Shown here: piece by piece, positions 31,736 to 47,500 of the stretch
Numbering within the stretch: position 1 is the stretch's first letter
Layout: every line of letters begins with the position of its first letter
From: Eledone cirrhosa
Lineage: Eukaryota
Direction: 5' to 3'
DNA: 64,000 nt
Assembly: GCA_964016885.1 (NCBI GenBank)
Contig: OZ024741.1
Span: 404,984,001 to 405,048,000 of the forward strand
Notes under the pieces: model-generated
The model's database searches: none
The model's input: the letters and a program-made list of their open reading frames with translations, nothing else
Told to the model about the DNA's origin: nothing
Translations under genes and position numbers: made by a program

Positions 31736-34700
31736 TAATTGTGACAAAATTCACAACTATTTTATAATTAATTGTGACAACCTTCACAACTATTTTATAA
31801 TTAATTGTGACAACCTTCACAACTATTTTATAATTAATTTTTACAGCTTTTCACAACTGTTTTATAATTAATTGTGACAACCTTCACAACTATTTTATAA
31901 TCAATTTTTACAGCTTTTCACAACTATTTTATAATTAATTGTGACAACCTTCACAACTATTTTATAATTAATTTTTACAGCTTTTCACAACTATTTTATA
32001 ATTAATTGTGACAACCTTCACAACTATTTTATAATTAATTTTTTCAGCTTTTCACAACTATTTTATAATGAACTGTGACAACCTTCATAACTATTTTATA
32101 ATGAATTGTGACAACCTTCACAACTATTTTATAATGAATTGTGACAACCTTCACAACTATTTTATAATTAATTTTTACAGCTTTTCACAACTATTTTATA
32201 ATTAATTGTGACAAACTTCACAACTATTTTATAATTAATTGTGACAACCTTCACAACTATTTTATAATTAATTGTGACAAACTTCACAACTATTTAATAA
32301 TTAATTGTGACAACCTTCACAACTATTTTATAATTAATTGTGACAACATTCACAACTATTTTATAATTAATCTTTACAACTTTTCACAACTATTTTATAA
32401 TGAATTGTGACAACCTTCACAACTATTTTATAATTAATTTTTACAGCTTTTCACAACTATTTTATAATTAATTGTGACAACCTTCACAACTATTTTATAA
32501 TTAATTTTTTCAGCTTTTCACAACTATTTTATAATGAATTGTGACAACCTTCACAACTATTTTATAATGAATTGTGACAACCTTCACAACTATTTTATAA
32601 TGAATTGTGACAACCTTCACAACTATTTTATAATTAATTGTGACAACCTTCACAACTATTTTATAATGAATTGTGACAACCTTCACAACTATTTTGTAAT
32701 GAATTGTGACAACCTTCACAACTATTTTATAATTAATTGTGACAACCTTCACAACTATTTTATAATTAATTGTGACAACATTCACAACTATTTTATAATT
32801 AATTTTTACAGATTGTCACAACTATTTTATAATTAATTGTGACAACCTTCACAACTATTTTATAATTAATTGTGACAACCTTCACAACTATTTTATAATT
32901 AATTTTTAAAGATTTTCACAACTATTTTATAATTATTTGTGACAACCTTCACAACTATTTTATAATGAATTGTGACAACCTTTACAACTATTTTATAATT
33001 AATTTTTACAGCTTTTCACAACTGTTTTATAATTAATTGTGACAACATTCACAACTATTTCATAATTAATTTTTACAGCTTTTCACAACTATTTTATAAT
33101 GAATTGTGACAACCTTCACAACTATTTTATAATTAATTTTTACAGCTTTTCACAACTATTTTATAATTAATTGTGACAACTTTCACAACTATTTTATAAT
33201 TAATTTTTTCAGCTTTTCACAACTATTTTATAATGAACTGTGACAACCTTCACAACTATTTCATAATGAATTGTGACAACCTTCACAACTATTTTATAAT
33301 GAATTGTGACAACCTTCACAACTATTTTATAATTAATTTTTACAGCTATTCACAACTATTTTATAATTAATTGTGACAAAATTCACAACTATTTTATAAT
33401 TAATTGTGACAACCTTCACAACTATTTTATAATTAATTGTGACAACCTTCACAACTATTTTATAATTAATTTTTACAGCTTTTCACAACTGTTTTATAAT
33501 TAATTGTGACAACCTTCACAACTATTTTATAATTAATTTTTACAGCTTTTCACAACTATTTTATAATGAATTGTGACAACCTTCACAACTATTTTATAAT
33601 TAATTTTTACAGCTTTTCACAACTATTTTATAATTAATTGTGACAACCTTCACAACTATTTTATAATTAATTTTTTCAGCTTTTCACAACTATTTTATAA
33701 TGAACTGTGACAACCTTCATAACTATTTCATAATGAATTGTGACAACCTTCACAACTATTTTATAATGAATTGTGACAACCTTCACAACTATTTTATAAT
33801 TAATTTTTACAGCTTTTCACAACTATTTTATAATTAATTGTGACAAACTTCACAACTATTTTATAATTAATTGTGACAACCTTCACAACTATTTTATAAT
33901 TAATTTTTACAGATTTTCACAACTATTTTATAATTAATTGTGACAACCTTCACAACTATTTTATAATGAATTGTGACAACCGTCACAACTATTTTATAAT
34001 TGATTTTTACAGCTTTTCACAACTATTTTATAATTGATTGTGACAACCTTCACAACTATTTTATAATTAATTTTTAAAGATTTTCACAACTATTTGATAA
34101 TGAATTGTGACAACCTTCACAACTATTATATAATTAATTGTGACAACCTTCACAACTATTTTATAATGAATCGTGACAACCTTCACAACTATTTTATAAT
34201 TAATTGTGACAACCTTCACAACTATTTTATAATTAATTGTGACAAACTTCACAACTATTTTATAATTAATTTTTAAAGATTTTCACAACTATTTTATAAT
34301 TAATTGTGACAACCTTCACAACTATTTTATAATTAATTGTGACAACATTCAAAACTATTTTATAATTAATTGTGACAACCTTCATAACTATTTTATAATT
34401 AATTTTTACTGCTTTTCACAACTATTTTATAATTAATTGTGACAACCTTCACAACTATTTTATAATGAATCGTGACAACCTTCACAACTATTTTATAATG
34501 AATTGTGACAACTTTCACAACTATTTCATAATTAATTGTGACAACCTTCACAACTATTTTATAGTGAATTTTGACAACCTTCACAACTATTTTATAATTA
34601 ATTTTTTCAGCTTTTCACAACTATTTTATAATGTATTGTGACAACCTTCACAACTATTTTATAATGAATTGTGACAACCTTTACAACTATTTTATAATTA

Positions 34701-37700
34701 ATTGTGACAACCTTCACAACTATTTTATAATTAATTTTTACAGCTTTTCACAACTATTTTATAATTAATTGTGACAACCTTCACAACTATTTTATAATTA
34801 ATTGTGACAACCTTCACAACTATTTTATAATTAATTTTTAAAGGTTTTCACAGCTATTTTATAATTAATTGTGACAACCTTCACAACTGTTTTATAATTA
34901 ATTTTTACAGCTTTTCACAACTATTTTATAATTAATTGTGACAACCTTCACAACTATTTTATAATTAATTTTTACAGCTTTTCACAACTATTTTACAATG
35001 AATTGTGACAACCTTCACAGCTATTTTATAATTAATTTTTACAGCTTTTCACAACTATTTTATAATTAATTCTGACAACCTTCACAACTATTTTATAATT
35101 AATTTTTACAGCTTTTCACAACTATTTTATAATGAATTGTGACAACCTTCACAACTATTTTATAATTAATTTTTACAGCTTTTCACAACTATTTTATAAT
35201 TAATTGTGACAACTTTCACAACTATTTTATAATTAATTTTTTCAGCTTTTCACAACTATTTTATAATGAACTGTGACAACCTTCACAACTATTTTATAAT
35301 GAATTGTGACAACCTTCACAACTATTTTATAATGAATTGTGACAATCTTCACAACTATTTTATAATTAATTTTTACAGCTTTTCACAACTATTTTATAAT
35401 TAATTGTGACAACCTTCACAACTATTTTATAATGAATTGTGACAACCTTCACAACTATATTATAATGAATTGTGACAACCTTCACAACTATTTTACAATG
35501 AATTGTGACAACCTTCACAACTATTTTATAATGAATCGTGACAACCTTCACAACTATTTTATAATTAATTGTGACAACCTTCGCAACAATTTTATAATGA
35601 ATTGTGACAACCTTCACAACTATTTTATAATTAATTTTGACAACCTTCACAACTATTTTATAATGAATTGTGACAACCTTCACAACTATTTTATAATGAA
35701 TTGTGACAACCTTCACAATTATTTTATAATGAATTGTGACAATCTTCACAACTATTTTATAATTAATTTTTACAGCTTTTCACAACTATTTTATAATTAA
35801 TTTTTTCAGCTTTTCACAACTATTTTATAATGAACTGTGACAACCTTCACAACTATTTCATAATGAATTGTGACAACCTTCACAACTATTTTATAATGAA
35901 TTGTGACAATCTTCACAACTATTTTATAATTAATTTTTACAGATTTTCACAACTATTTTATAATTAATTGTGACAACCTTCACAACTATATTATAATGAA
36001 TTGTGACAACCTTCACAACTATTTTACAATGAATCGTGACAACCTTCACAACTATTTTATAATGAATCGTGACAACCTTCACAACTATTTTATAATTAAT
36101 TGTGACAACCTTCGCAACAATTTTATAATGAATTGTGACAACCTTCAAAACTATTTTATAATTAATTGTGACAACCTTCACAACTATTTTATAATGAATT
36201 GTGACAACCTTCACAACTATTTTATAATGAATTGTGACAACCTTCACAATTATTTTATAATGAATTTTTACAGATTTTCACAACTATTTTATAATTAATT
36301 GTGACAACCTTCACAACTATTTTATAATGAATTGTGACAACCTTCACAACTATTTTACAATTAATTGTGACAACCTTCGCAACAATTTTATAATGAATTG
36401 TGACAACCTTCACAACTATTCTATAATTAATTGTGACAACCTTCACAACTATTTTATAATGAATTGTGACAACCTTCACAACTATTTTATAATGAATTGT
36501 GACAACCTTCACAACTATTTTATAATTAATTGTGACAACCTTCACAACTATTTTATAATGAATTGTGACAACCTTCACAACTATTTCATAATGAATTGTG
36601 ACAACCTTCACAACTATTTTATAATTAATTGTGACAACCTTCACAACTATTTTATAATGAATTGTGACAACCTTCACAACTATTTTATAATGAATTGTGA
36701 CAACCTTCACAACTATTTTATAATGAATTGTGACAACCTTCACAACTATTTTATAATTAATTTTTTCAGCTTTTCACAACTATTTTATAATGTATTGTGA
36801 CAACCTTCACAACTATTTTATAATGAATTGTGACAACCTTCACAACTATTTTATAATTAATTGTGACAACCTTCACAACTATTTTATAATTAATTTTTAC
36901 AGCTTTTCACAACTATTTTATAATTAATTGTGACAACCTTCACAACTATTTTATAATTAATTTTGACAACCTTCACAACTATTTTATAATTAATTTTTAA
37001 AGGTTTTCACAGCTATTTTATAATTAATTGTGACAACCTTCACAACTATTTTATAATTAATTGTGACAATCTTCACAACTATTTTATAATGAATTGTGAC
37101 AACCTTCACAACTATTTCATAATGAATTGTGACAACCTTCACAACTATTTTATAATTAATTGTGACAACCTTCACAACTATTTTATAATGAATCGTGACA
37201 ACCTTCACAACTATTTATAATGAATTGTGACAACCTTCACAACTATTTTATAATTAATTGTGACAACCTTCACAACTATTTTATAATGAATTGTGACAAC
37301 CTTCACAACTATTTTATAATTAATTTTTTCAGCTTTTCACAACTATTTTATAATGTATTGTGACAACCTTCACAACTATTTTATAATGAATTGTGACAAC
37401 CTTCACAACTATTTTATAATTAATTGTGACAACCTTCACAACTATTTTATAATTAATTTTTACAGCTTTTCACAACTATTTTATAATTAATTGTGACAAC
37501 CTTCGCAACTATTTTATAATTAATTGTGACAACCTTCACAACTATTTTATAATTAATTTTTAAAGGTTTTCACAGCTATTTTATAATTAATTGTGACAAC
37601 CTTCACAACTGTTTTATAATTAATTTTTACAGCTTTTCACAACTATTTTATAATTAATTGTGACAACCTTCACAACTATTTTATAATTAATTTTTACAGC

Positions 37701-38949
37701 TTTTCACAACTATTTTATAATGAATTGTGACAACCTTCACAGCTATTTTATAATTAATTTTTACAGCTTTTCACAACTATTTTATAATTAATTGTGACAA
37801 CCTTCACAACTATTTTATAATTCATTTTTACAGCTTTTCACAACTATTATATAATGAATTGTGACAACCTTCACAACTATTTTATAATTAATTTTTACAG
37901 CTTTTCACAACTATTTTATAATTAATTGTGACAACCTTCACAACTATTTTATAATGAATTGTGACAACCTTCACAACTATTTTATAATGAATTGTGACAA
38001 TCTTCACAACTATTTTATAATTAATTTTTACAGCTTTTCACAACTATTTTATAATTAATTGTGACAACCTTCACAACTATTTTATAATTAATTGTGACAA
38101 CCTTCACAACTATTTTATAATTAATTTTTACAGATTTTCACAACTATTTTATAATTAATTGTGACAACCTTCACAACTATTTTATAATTAATTTTTACAG
38201 CTTTTCACAACTATTTTATAATTAATAATTAATTGTGACAACCTTCACAACTATTTTATAATTAATTTTTACAGATTTTCACAACTATTTTATAATTAAT
38301 TGTGACAACCTTCACAACTATTTTATAATGAATTGTGACAACCGTCACAACTATTTTATAATTAATTTTTACAGCTTTTCACAACTATTTTATAATTAAT
38401 TGTCACAACCTTCACAACTATTTTATAATGAATTGTGACAACCTTCACAACTATTTTATAATTGATTTTTACAGCTTTTCACAACTATTTTATAATTGAT
38501 TGTGACAACCTTCACAACTATTTTATAATTAATTTTTAAAGATTTTCACAACTATTTGATAATGAATTGTGACAACCTTCACAACTATTTTATAATTAAT
38601 TGTGACAACCTTCACAACTATTTTATAATGAATCGTGACAACCTTCACATCTATTTTATAATTAATTGTGACAACGTTCACAACTATTTTATAATTAATT
38701 GTGACAAACTTCACAACTATTTTATAATTAATTTTTAAAGATTTTCACAACTATTTTATAATTAATTGTGACAACCTTCACAACTATTTTATAATTAATT
38801 GTGACAACCTTCAAAACTATTTTATAATTAATTGTGACAACATTCATAACTATTTTATAATTAATTTTTACTGCTTTTCACAACTATTTTATAATTAATT
38901 GTGACAACCTTCACAACTATTTTATAATGAATCGTGACAACCTTCACAA

Positions 38950-41900
38950 CTATTTTATAATGAATTGTGACAACCTTCACAACTATTTCATAATTAATTG
39001 TGACAACCTTCACAACTATTTTATAATGAATTGTGACAACCTTCACAACTATTTTATAATTAATTTTTTCAGCTTTTCACAACTATTTTATAATGTATTG
39101 TGACAACCTTCACAACTATTTTATGATGAATTGTGACAACCTTCACAACTATTTTATAATTAATTGTGACAACCTTCACAACTATTTTATAATTAATTTT
39201 TACAGCTTTTCACAACTATTTTATAATTAATTGTGACAACCTTCACAACTATTTTATAATTAATTGTGACAACCTTCACAACTATTTTATAATTAATTTT
39301 TAAGGGTTTTCACAGCTATTTTATAATTAATTGTGACAACCTTCACAACTGTTTTATAATTAATTTTTACAGCTTTTCACAACTATTTTATAATTAATTG
39401 TGACAACCTTCACAACTATTTTATAATTAATTTTTACAGCTTTTCACAACTATTTTATAATGAATTGTGACAACCTTCACAGCTATTTTATAATTAATTT
39501 TTACAGCTTTTCACAACTATTTTATAATTAATTGTGACAACCTTCACAACTATTTTATAATTAATTTTTACAGCTTTTCACAATATTTTATAATGAATTG
39601 TGACAACCTTCACAACTATTTTATAATTAATTTTTACAGCTTTTCACAACTATTTTATAATTAATTGTGACAACTTTCACAACTATTTTATAATTAATTT
39701 TTTCAGCTTTTCACAACTATTTTATAATGAACTGTGACAACCTTCACAACTATTTTATAATGAATTGTGACAACCTTCACAACTATTTTATAATGAATTG
39801 TGACAATCTTCACAACTCTTTTATAATTAATTTTTACAGCTTTTCACAACTATTTTATAATTAATTGTGACAACCTTCACAACTATTTTATAATTAATTG
39901 TGACAACCTTCACAACTATTTTATAATTAATTTTTACAGATTTTCACAACTATTTTATAATTAATTGTGACAACCTTCACAACTATTTTATAATAAATTG
40001 TGACAACCGTCACAACTATTTTATAATTAATTTTTACAGCTTTTCACAACTATTTTATAATTAATTGTGACAACCTTCACAAATATTTTATAATGAATTG
40101 TGACAACCTTCACAACTATTTTATAATTGATTTTTACAGTTTTTCACAACTATTTTATAATTGATTGTGACAACCTTCACAACTATTTTATAATTAATTT
40201 TTAAAGATTTTCACACCTATTTGATAATGAATTGTGACAACCTTCACAACTATTTTATAATTAATCGTGACAACCTTCACAACTATTTTATAATTAATTG
40301 TGACAACCTTCACAACTATTTTATAATTAATTGTGACAAACTTCACAACTATTTTATAATTAATTTTTAAAGATTTTCACAACTATTTTATAATTAATTG
40401 TGACAACCTTCACAACTATTTTATAATTAATTGTGACAACCTTCAAAACTATTTTATAATTAATTGTGACAACCTTCATAACTATTTTATAATTAATTTT
40501 TACTGCTTTTCACAACTATTTTATAAATAATTGTGACAACATTCACAATTATTTTATAATTAATTTTTACAGCTTTTCACAACTATTTTATAATGAATTG
40601 TGACAACCTTCACAACTATTTTATAATTAATTTTTACAGCTTTTCACAACTATTTTATAATTAATTGTGACAACCTTCACAACTATTTTATAATTAATTT
40701 TTTCAGCTTTTCACAACTATTTTATAATGAACTGTGACAACCTTCACAACTATTTTATAATGAATTGTGACAACCTTCACAACTATTTCATAATTAATTG
40801 TGACAACCTTCACAACTATTTTATAATGAATTGTGACAACCTTCACAACTATTTTATAATTAATTTTTTCAGCTTTTCACAACTATTTTATAATGTATTG
40901 TGACAACCTTCACAACTATTTTATGATGAATTGTGACAACCTTCACAACTATTTTATAATTAATTGTGACAACCTTCACAACTATTTTATAATTAATTTT
41001 TACAGCTTTTCACAACTATTTTATAATTAATTGTGACAACCTTCACAACTATTTTATAATTAATTGTGACAACCTTCACAACTATTTTATAATTAATTTT
41101 TAAGGGTTTTCACAGCTATTTTATAATTAATTGTGACAACCTTCACAACTGTTTTATAATTAATTTTTACAGCTTTTCACAACTATTTTATAATTAATTG
41201 TGACAACCTTCACAACTATTTTATAATTAATTTTTACAGCTTTTCACAACTATTTTATAATGAATTGTGACAACCTTCACAGCTATTTTATAATTAATTT
41301 TTACAGCTTTTCACAACTATTTTATAATTAATTGTGACAACCTTCACAACTATTTTATAATTAATTTTTACAGCTTTTCACACTATTTTATAATGAATTG
41401 TGACAACCTTCGCAACTATTTTATAATTAATTTTTACAGCTTTTCACAACTATTTTATAATTAATTGTGACAACTTTCACAACTATTTTATAATTAATTT
41501 TTTCAGCTTTTCACAACTATTTTATAATGAACTGTGACAACCTTCACAACTATTTTATAATGAATTGTGACAACCTTCACAACTATTTTATAATTAATTG
41601 TGACAACCTTCACAACTATTTTATAATTAATTTTTACAGATTTTCACAACTATTTTATAATTAATTGTGACAACCTTCACAACTATTTTATAATGAATTG
41701 TGACAACCTTCACAACTATTTTATAATTAATTTTTACAGCTATTCACAACTATTTTATAATTAATAATTAATTGTGACAACCTTCACAACTATTTTATAA
41801 TTAATTTTTACAGATTTTCACAACTATTTTATAATTAATTGTGACAACCTTCACAACTATTTTATAATGAATTGTGACAACCGTCACAACTATTTTATAA

Positions 41901-44520
41901 TTAATTTTTACAGCTTTTCACAACTATTTTATAATTAATTGTGACAACCTTCACAAATATTTTATAATGAATTGTGACAACCTTCACAACTATTTTATAA
42001 TTGATTTTTACAGTTTTTCACAACTATTTTATAATTGATTGTGACAACCTTCACAACTATTTTATAATTAATTTTTAAAGATTTTCACAACTATTTGATA
42101 ATGAATTGTGACAGCCTTCACAACTATTTTATAATTAATCGTGACAACCTTCACAACTATTTTATAATTAATTGTGACAACCATCACAACTATTTTATAA
42201 TTAATTGTGACAAACTTCACAACTATTTTATAATTAATTTTTAAAGATTTTCACAACTATTTTATAATTAATTGTGACAACCTTCACAACTATTTTATAA
42301 TTAATTGTGACAACCTTCAAAACTATTTTATAATTAATTGTGACAACCTTCATAACTATTTTATAATTAATTTTTACTGCTTTTCACAACTATTTTATAA
42401 ATAATTGTGACAACATTCACAATTATTTTATAATTAATTTTTACAGCTTTTCACAACTATTTTATAATGAATTGTGACAACCTTCACAACTATTTTATAA
42501 TTAATTTTTACAGCTTTTCACAACTATTTTATAATTAATTGTGACAACCTTCACAACTATTTTATAATTAATTTTTTCAGCTTTTCACAACTATTTTATA
42601 ATGAACTGTGACAACCTTCACAACTATTTTATAATGAATTGTGACAACCTTCACAACTATTTCATAATTAATTGTGACAACCTTCACAACTATTTTATAA
42701 TGAATTGTGACAACCTTCACAACTATTTTATAATTAATTTTTTCAGCTTTTCACAACTATTTTATAATGTATTGTGACAACCTTCACAACTATTTTATGA
42801 TGAATTGTGACAACCTTCACAACTATTTTATAATTAATTGTGACAACCTTCACAACTATTTTATAATTAATTTTTACAGCTTTTCACAACTATTTTATAA
42901 TTAATTGTGACAACCTTCACAACTATTTTATAATTAATTGTGACAACCTTCACAACTATTTTATAATTAATTTTTAAGGGTTTTCACAGCTATTTTATAA
43001 TTAATTGTGACAACCTTCACAACTGTTTTATAATTAATTTTTACAGCTTTTCACAACTATTTTATAATTAATTGTGACAACCTTCACAACTATTTTATAA
43101 TTAATTTTTACAGCTTTTCACAACTATTTTATAATGAATTGTGACAACCTTCACAGCTATTTTATAATTAATTTTTACAGCTTTTCACAACTATTTTATA
43201 ATTAATTGTGACAACCTTCACAACTATTTTATAATTAATTTTTACAGCTTTTCACACTATTTTATAATGAATTGTGACAACCTTCACAACTATTTTATAA
43301 TTAATTTTTACAGCTTTTCACAACTATTTTATAATTAATTGTGACAACTTTCACAACTATTTTATAATTAATTTTTTCAGCTTTTCACAACTATTTTATA
43401 ATGAACTGTGACAACCTTCACAACTATTTTATAATGAATTGTGACAACCTTCACAACTATTTTATAATTAATTGTGACAACCTTCACAACTATTTTATAA
43501 TTAATTTTTACAGATTTTCACAACTATTTTATAATTAATTGTGACAACCTTCACAACTATTTTATAATGAATTGTGACAACCTTCACAACTATTTTATAA
43601 TTAATTTTTACAGCTATTCACAACTATTTTATAATTAATAATTAATTGTGACAACCTTCACAACTATTTTATAATTAATTTTTACAGATTTTCACAACTA
43701 TTTTATAATTAATTGTGACAACCTTCACAACTATTTTATAATGAATTGTGACAACCGTCACAACTATTTTATAATTAATTTTTACAGCTTTTCACAACTA
43801 TTTTATAATTAATTGTGACAACCTTCACAAATATTTTATAATGAATTGTGACAACCTTCACAACTATTTTATAATTGATTTTTACAGTTTTTCACAACTA
43901 TTTTATAATTGATTGTGACAACCTTCACAACTATTTTATAATTAATTTTTAAAGATTTTCACAACTATTTGATAATGAATTGTGACAGCCTTCACAACTA
44001 TTTTATAATTAATCGTGACAACCTTCACAACTATTTTATAATTAATTGTGACAACCATCACAACTATTTTATAATTAATTGTGACAAACTTCACAACTAT
44101 TTTATAATTAATTTTTAAAGATTTTCACAACTATTTTATAATTAATTGTGACAACCTTCACAACTATTTTATAATTAATTGTGACAACCTTCAAAACTAT
44201 TTTATAATTAATTGTGACAACCTTCATAACTATTTTATAATTAATTTTTACTGCTTTTCACAACTATTTTATAAATAATTGTGACAACATTCACAATTAT
44301 TTTATAATTAATTTTTACAGCTTTTCACAACTATTTTATAATGAATTGTGACAACCTTCACAACTATTTTATAATTAATTTTTACAGCTTTTCACAACTA
44401 TTTTATAATTAATTGTGACAACCTTCACAACTATTTTATAATTAATTTTTTCAGCTTTTCACAACTATTTTATAATGAACTGTGACAACCTTCACAACTA
44501 TTTTATAATGAATTGTGACA
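38950..44520. repeat. Three tandem related blocks, periods 1800 and 1874 bp
   Basis: The private marker TAAGGGTTTT is at 39301, 41101 and 42975. TTATGATGAA occurs in all three blocks. The 7-bp duplication is at 41761 and 43635. Confidence 0.85.
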
Positions 44521-47500
44521 ACCTTCACAACTATTTTATAATGAATTGTGACAATCTTCACAACTATTTTATAATTAATTTTTACAGCTTTTCACAACTA
44601 TTTTATAATTAATTGTGACAACCTTCACAACTATTTTATAATTAATTGTGACAACCTTCACAACTATTTTATAATTAATATTTACAGATTTTCACAACTA
44701 TTTTATAATTAATTGTGACAACCTTCACAACTATTTTATAATGAATTGTGACAACCGTCACAACTATTTTATAATTAATTTTTACAGCTTTTCACAACTA
44801 TTTTATAATTAATTGTGACAACCTTCACAACTATTTTATAATGAATTGTGACAACCTTCATAACTATTTTATAATTAATTTTTACTGCTTTTCACAACTA
44901 TTTTATAAATAATTGTGACAACCTTCACAACTATTTTATAATTAATTTTTAAAGATTTTCACAACTATTTGATAATGAATTGTGACAACCTTCACAACTA
45001 TTTTATAATTAATCGTGACAACCTTCACAACTATTTTATAATTAATTGTGACAACCTTCACAACTATTTTATAATTAATTGTGACAAACTTCACAACTAT
45101 TTTATAATTAATTTTTAAAGATTTTCACAACTATTTGATAATTAATTGTGACAACCTTCACAACTATTTTATAATTAATCGTGACAACCTTCACAAATAT
45201 TTTATAATGAATTGTGACAACCTTCACAACTATTTTATAATTAATTGTGACAACCTTCAAAACTATTTTATAATTAATTGTGACAACCTTCATAACTATT
45301 TTATAATTAATTTTTACTGCTTTTCACAACTATTTTATAAATAATTGTGACAACATTCACAACTATTTTATAATTAATTTTTACAGCTTTTCACAACTAT
45401 TTTATAATGAATTGTGACAACCTTCACAACTATTTTATAATTAATTTTTACAGCTTTTCACAACTATTTTATAATTAATTGTGACAACCTTCACAACTAT
45501 TTTATAATTAATTTTTTCAGCTTTTCACAACTATTTTATAATGAACTGTGACAACCTTCACAACTATTTTATAATGAATTGTGACAACCTTCACAATTAT
45601 TTTATAATTAATTTTTACAGATTTTCACAACTATTTTATAATTAATTGTGACAACCTTCACAACTATTTTATAATGAATTGTGACAACCTTCACAACTAT
45701 TTTACAATTAATTGTGACAACCTTCGCAACAATTTTATAATGAATTGTGACAACCTTCACAACTATTTTATAATTAATTGTGACAACCTTCACAACTATA
45801 TTATAATGAATTGTGACAACCTTCACAACTATTTTATTATTAATTGTGACAACCTTCAAAACTATTTTATAATGAATTGTGACAACATTCACAACTATTT
45901 TATAATGAATTGTGACAACCTTCACAACTATTTTATAATTAATTGTGACAACATTCACAACTATTTTATAATGAATTGTGACAACCTTCACAACTATTTT
46001 ATAATGAATTGTGACAACCTTCACAACTATTTTATAATTAATTGTGACAACCTTCACAACTATTTTATAATTAATTTTTACAGCTTTTCACAACTATTTT
46101 ATAATTAATTGTGACAACCTCCACAACTATTTTATAATTAATTGTGACAACCTTCACAACTATTTTATAATTAATTGTGACAACCTTCACAACTATTTCA
46201 TAATGAATTGTGACAACCTTCACAACTATTTCATAATGAATTGTGACATCCTTCACAACTATTTTATAATTAATTGTGACAACATTCACAACTATTTTAT
46301 AATGAACTGTGACAACCTTCACAACTATTTTATAATGAATTGTGACAACCTTCACAACTATTTTATAATTAATTGTGACAACCTTCACAACTATTTTATA
46401 ATGAATCGTGACAACCTTCACAACTATTTATAATGAATTGTGACAACCTTCACAACTATTTTATAATTAATTGTGACAACCTTCACAACTATTTTATAAT
46501 GAATTGTGACAACCTTCACAACTATTTTATAATTAATTTTTTCAGCTTTTCACAACTATTTTATAATGTATTGTGACAACCTTCACAACTATTTTATAAT
46601 GAATTGTGACAACCTTCACAACTATTTTATAATTAATTGTGACAACCTTCACAACTATTTTATAATTAATTTTTACAGCTTTTCACAACTATTTTATAAT
46701 TAATTGTGACAACCTTCACAACTATTTTATAATTAATTTTTAAAGGTTTTCACAGCTATTTTATAATTAATTGTGACAACCTTCACAACTGTTTTATAAT
46801 TAATTTTTACAGCTTTTCAGAACTATTTTATAATTAATTGTGACAACCTTCACAACTATTTTATAATTAATTTTTACAGCTTTTCACAACTATTTTATAA
46901 TGGATTGTGACAACCTTCACAGATATTTTATAATTAATTTTTACAGCTTTTCACAACTATTTTATAATTAATTGTGACAACCTTCACAACTATTTTATAA
47001 TTCATTTTTACAGCTTTTCACAACTATTTTATAATGATTTGTGACAACCTTCACAACTATTTTATAATTAATCTTTACAGCTTTTCACAACTATTTTATA
47101 ATTAATTGTGACAACTTTCACAACTATTTTATAATTAATTTTTTCAGCTTTTTACAACTATTTTATAATGAACTGTGACAACCTTCACAAATATTTTATA
47201 ATGAATTGTGACAACCTTCACAACTATTTTATAATGAATTGTGACAATCTTCACAACTATTTTATAATTAATTTTTACAGCTTTTCACAACTATTTTATA
47301 ATTAATTGTGACAACCTTCACAACTATTTTATAATTAATTGTGACAACCTTCACAACTATTTTATAATTAATTTTTACAGATTTTCACAACTATTTTATA
47401 ATTAATTGTGACAACCTTCACAACTATTTTATAATTAATTTTTACAGCTTTTCACAACTATTTTATAATTAATAATTAATTGTGACAACCTTCACATCTA

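Larger units (their letters stand above)
25300..33000. repeat. Mixed zone where left-domain and right-domain variant blocks alternate
   Basis: Right-type markers first appear at 25321 (CCGTCAC), about 25535 (TTTGATAAT) and about 25611 (ATCGTGAC). The left marker GATTGTCAC still occurs at about 27915 and last at 32811. Boundaries are approximate. Confidence 0.8.
23200..35800. repeat. Dispersed segmental duplication of about 4 kb (about 23.2-27.2 kb versus 31.8-35.8 kb), offset 8559-8592 bp
   Basis: ORF pairs 25508/34067, 25840/34399 and 26807/35366 (all 8559) and 23918/32510 (8592). Rare variants TTTAATAAT, TATAGTGAA and TTCTGAC are shared. Ends approximate. Confidence 0.8.

Noticed and set aside
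40140-40148. DnaA-box-like TTTTTCACA (relaxed TTWTNCACA); 8/9 matches in ordinary B units
   Set aside because: This is a low-complexity match expected in T-rich DNA. There is no TTATCCACA and no rep/dnaA gene, so neither oriC nor iterons are supported.
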